The notes beneath the pieces were generated by a model. That model ran no database searches. It was given only the letters and a program-made list of their open reading frames with translations, and was not told the origin of the DNA. A DNA stretch of 64,000 nt from Podarcis muralis. Lineage: Eukaryota. This document shows, in pieces, positions 60,569 to 64,000 of the stretch; within the stretch, counting starts at the first letter, position 1; each line of letters starts with the position of its first letter. A program made the translations under genes and the position numbers. The DNA is taken from contig NC_135658.1 of NCBI RefSeq assembly GCF_964188315.1, positions 51,150,001-51,214,000 of the forward strand, written 5' to 3'.

Positions 60569-62201
60569 AAGCGGCGCGCAACTACAACCGCCCTCCGCGC
60601 ACGCACACAAACACACGCGCGCGCACCCCTGAGGCGCCTGCGATAATAATGGGAGCGAATGTGGGGCGGGGGGAGGAAGGAAGGAAGCCGAAGGAGGGGG
60701 CGCAGGAGCCCCGGTGGTTGTCTGATGCCTGTCTGGGTGGGGCGGGAACGCCGATAGGGCCGTTTCATCCCTCGCTCTTCCTTGGTTGTTTTTTTTTATA
60801 ACTATTTTTAGAAGCCACGCCGCTTGTCTGTCGATTCGCGTCCAGACCTGGCGTCTCTCCTGCCTTTTGCAGGTTACCAGGTGGTCTGTTTTCTTGTTGG
60901 ACTTGGGGGGAGTAAGATGCGGTTGAGGTTTGGTTACAAACAAGCAGGGTATAAATCTTGGGAAATAAAAAAAGGAAATAATGTAAGAATAATATTGCTG
61001 TGAGTTTTTTGGGGGTGGGGTCATGGGAGTAACCCCAGGAGAACTGCCCCCCCAAATCAATACAAATCTGAGGTTCTGCCCCCCCCAACAAAAGCCTGCC
61101 CCCTAACATAAATCCTGGCTACGCCCATCAGTGGGGTGGGGTTAGACTGTATGATGCCCGCTGCCCTTCGAAACCTCTGGATCCAGCAAGTCAGATGAAT
61201 GATCTCATTGTTCATGTAGCCAGGCAAGGGACACAGTGCCCCCTAAGTATGAGTCGTTAATAGAAGAAAGGGATTTCCTCTCTGCCATAGGACATGGAGG
61301 TGGGCCCCCTCCCTCACCTGGCTGGTAGGAGATGGATAAAAGCCAAAAATGTGAGAGAGCTTGCGTAGAAGCCAGAGAGTGAGAGCCATGCTTGATTTCT
61401 GTTTGAATCCTAGGCTGCGGCTGTGGGAGAAGCAAGACCTTATTGGCTGTTAATGCTGTGAGCCCCTCCATCATAGGCTCAGATGGTACATATGTGTAGA
61501 TAAACCATATACTATAAAGACACTACAGTCTCCTCTGCCCCTCATTCCAGGGCAATGGATCCCTGGGTAGTGTCTGGAACGCCTGGAATCACTGCTCAGA
61601 GATTGGGGTGGCATGCCACAATATAAACCCTGCAGCATGTGCGTGGTTGCAGTGGATGCAATTTCCTTCAAGATAGTTTGCTTTGAAAGGCTTTCATCCT
61701 ACCCCATATTTCCATACCCCCCCTTTTTTTAACAGCTAGCTTTCTTAAGGAAAATCTGTGCCACTATCCGTATGCTTGTATGTGTGGGAGTGACAGGATT
61801 TGATGTGGAAGAGGAAATGGTGCTTTGAACTTGTGGAACAGCATTTTGAGAGTTAGATGTTTCTAATTAACCCTATTGTTTGCCGTCTCTGAAGTGAAAA
61901 CCCTCTAGATGCAGCCAAAAAGTGTTAGAACCATGTCAATGTCATGTTTTATTCACTTGAAAGAGTATTTAAAGGACAAGATGTAATTACTAGGTATGAT
62001 TTTTTTTTATTTTAGTTCTTGATGCAGGTTATCCTTTTAATTCCCCAGGAGAATTTCTCACGTATCCAGAAGACTTTGACTGCTGTGTCTGATCTTGCAG
62101 AATGACAGCTACAGCCGTCTTGGAAAGCAGGCCACAGAAGTCAAGACCCAGAAGTATTAGTGCAGTTTTAGTGTGTGCTACAGTAAGTATAGGTAAAGGT
62201 A

Positions 62202-62537
62202 GGAAGGCGGGTGGCGCTGTGGTCTAAACCACTGAACCTCTTGGGCTTGCCAATTGGAAGGACAGCAGTTCGAGTCCGCACGACGGGGTGAGCTCCCATT
62301 GCTCTCTGTCCCAGCTTCTGCCGAGCTGGCAGTTCAAAAGCATACCAGTGCAAGTAGATAAATAGGTACCGTTGCCGCAGGAAGGTAAACGGTGTTTCTT
62401 TGTGCTCTGGCACTTGTCACAGGCCTGGAAAGCTGTCTGTGGAGAAATGCAGGCTCCCTCGGCCTGAAGCGAGATGAGCGCCGCACCCCATAGTTTCCTT
62501 TGGCCGGTCTTAACCGTCCAGGGGTCCTTTACCTATT
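62202..62537 (+). mobile_element. Sauria SINE, full length
   Basis: ggcgggtggcgctgtggtctaaaccac head and ggggtcctttacc tail. Confidence 0.92.
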
Positions 62538-63291
62538 ATTTACAGTACATATGCAACCACGCACTTGTGCCTTGTGTAATTTTGCCTCTAGTACAGCCAG
62601 CCAGGGAGTAGACAACAGCAGCAAAGTGCAATAGATATTTGCAGGAGCACAATCTGTTTCTTTCACGAGTGACATTTGTTTATTTAATATAATTTATATA
62701 CCACTTGATCGTTTTTAAAAAAAACCAACCAAAGAAACTCAAATCTGTTTATTTATTTACATGTATCTATTTCTGGCTTTTGTTATTTTGTTCTTTGTTT
62801 AAAATATTTATAGTCCGGTCAGCAGCAGTGTTCTCAGAAGGAACTTGTAAGAAATGCAAAATCTCCATTGCCTCAATCGGGGTGGGAAATCTTTGGTAGC
62901 CTAAGGGATGTGTTCCAATAGCCTTGAGTAACATGGGACGTGGCAGTGATGGGTGTGGCCAGAGGCAAAAATGGATGGTGCAACAGATACATTCTTGCTA
63001 TTCAGAAGGAAGGAACTTATACACCTGTATCTGCTTCCTCCATCTAGGCAAGCAAGAGACATGGTCACAGGTCAAGGGCACATTGCAGGCAGGCAGGCAA
63101 GAGCATGGAGCAGGGACTATGAGAGCTATGGCTTGGGGAGGGAGTGTGGTCTGAGCATCCATCAAGGGATCTGGACAAAGGGGCCCAGGTGGCTCCATAA
63201 GTGAGGTTACCCATGGATAGTATAGATTGTGAAATATTTTAAGAATGGCTCTGGTGTGCTTTCTTTTCCACGTGAACAACATGTGGAAGTC

Positions 63292-63662
63292 AGAACATAG
63301 GATGAGTCTGCTGGATCAGCCCAATGGCTCATCTAGCTCAACATCCTGTTCTCCCAAAGGCCAGCCAGATGTCTGTGGAAAAACCCACAAGGAAGATTTG
63401 AGTATAGCTGCACTCCCAGCACTTGTAATTTCCAGCAAATAGTATTCAGGGGCACTCTGCTTCTGACAGTGGTGACAGAGCATGGCTTCTGTTGCTAGTA
63501 GCTCTTGATGGTCTTATTCTCCATGAATTGGTCTAATCCTTCTAAAAAGCCACCCAAGTTGGTGGCCATCACTCCATCCTGTAGGATTAAATTTTACAGT
63601 TTAATTATGCACTGTGTAAAGAAGTGATTTCTTTCATCTGGCATGAATCTTCTGACATTCAG
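63292..63662 (-). mobile_element. CR1 LINE 3' fragment (long 3' UTR type)
   Basis: Minus strand encodes a degenerate HFFTQCIIKL..L.QDGVMATNLGGF..GLDQFMENK motif; agaacatagg tail on +. Confidence 0.85.
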
Positions 63663-64000
63663 CATCATGCTACAGGCTGTAATGGTTTTCCCATAATGCA
63701 AAGTATAGGTTAGGACGCCAACCAGTGGGAGCCCTTGTTAAGGTTTGAAAGGTTACAAGGATTTCAAGAAGTCTTACCATGGCTCTCTCACTGGGCTCCT
63801 TTTAAAATTCCTCCCAGTTTGTAACATTTCATAGACTGGTCTGATCCGTGGCCACCTATCAGCAAATCTCTGAACTGAATTGGTAAATTGATTCGGCTAG
63901 CCAGAAACAGAGCCATCATTTTCTAAACTAATGCGTGAATGTTCTGAGAACATGATGGTTGCTTACACTCTATATGCAAAGTTATGCAAGTATTGGTAGA

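Larger units (their letters stand above)
58930..60855. promoter_or_regulatory. CpG island over the APP promoter, exon 1 and the start of intron 1
   Basis: Very high GC and CpG density compared with the CpG-depleted flanks. Edges estimated by eye. Confidence 0.92.

Noticed and set aside
59341-60801. 486-aa + strand ORF and the overlapping 100-300 aa ORFs in the CpG island
   Set aside because: Low-complexity R/G/P/A/S sequence, open in several frames on both strands because GC-rich DNA lacks stops. It is antisense to APP exon 1 and shows no recognisable domain.

Overview
Vertebrate genomic DNA, most likely from a lacertid-type lizard (inferred from the Sauria/Squam SINE content and the sauropsid-like APP protein). 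The window holds the 5' part of the amyloid-beta precursor protein gene (APP) on the minus strand: CpG-island promoter and exon 1 (CDS 60264-60323), a ~36 kb intron 1, exon 2 (24087-24254, 168 nt), a ~21.5 kb intron 2, exon 3 (2491-2620, 130 nt) and the start of intron 3. Exon 4 lies beyond position 1. All exon borders are canonical GT-AG, and exons 2 and 3 match mammalian sizes. The introns are dense in transposons: Sauria SINEs, CORE/Squam3-like SINEs, tRNA-headed SINEs with CR1-type tails, CR1/L2/L1 fragments, several hAT MITE families with 8-bp TSDs, Tigger-like and Tc2-like MITEs, and microsatellites. No other ORF in the track is supported as a gene. I found no convincing new multi-gene system. 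The most notable observations are four. (1) The APP core promoter keeps the human CTCF (APBbeta), USF/AP-4 (APBalpha) and initiator motifs, and the CTCF-to-initiator distance looks conserved although APBalpha has moved. (2) A CpG-undepleted, unclassified island with chained open frames sits at ~49.2-49.7 kb. (3) Three different retroelement clades inserted at the same arm motif of one palindromic MITE family. (4) Inverted copies of one hAT MITE bracket exons 2 and 3. All repeat-family names come from pattern recognition, not database searches.
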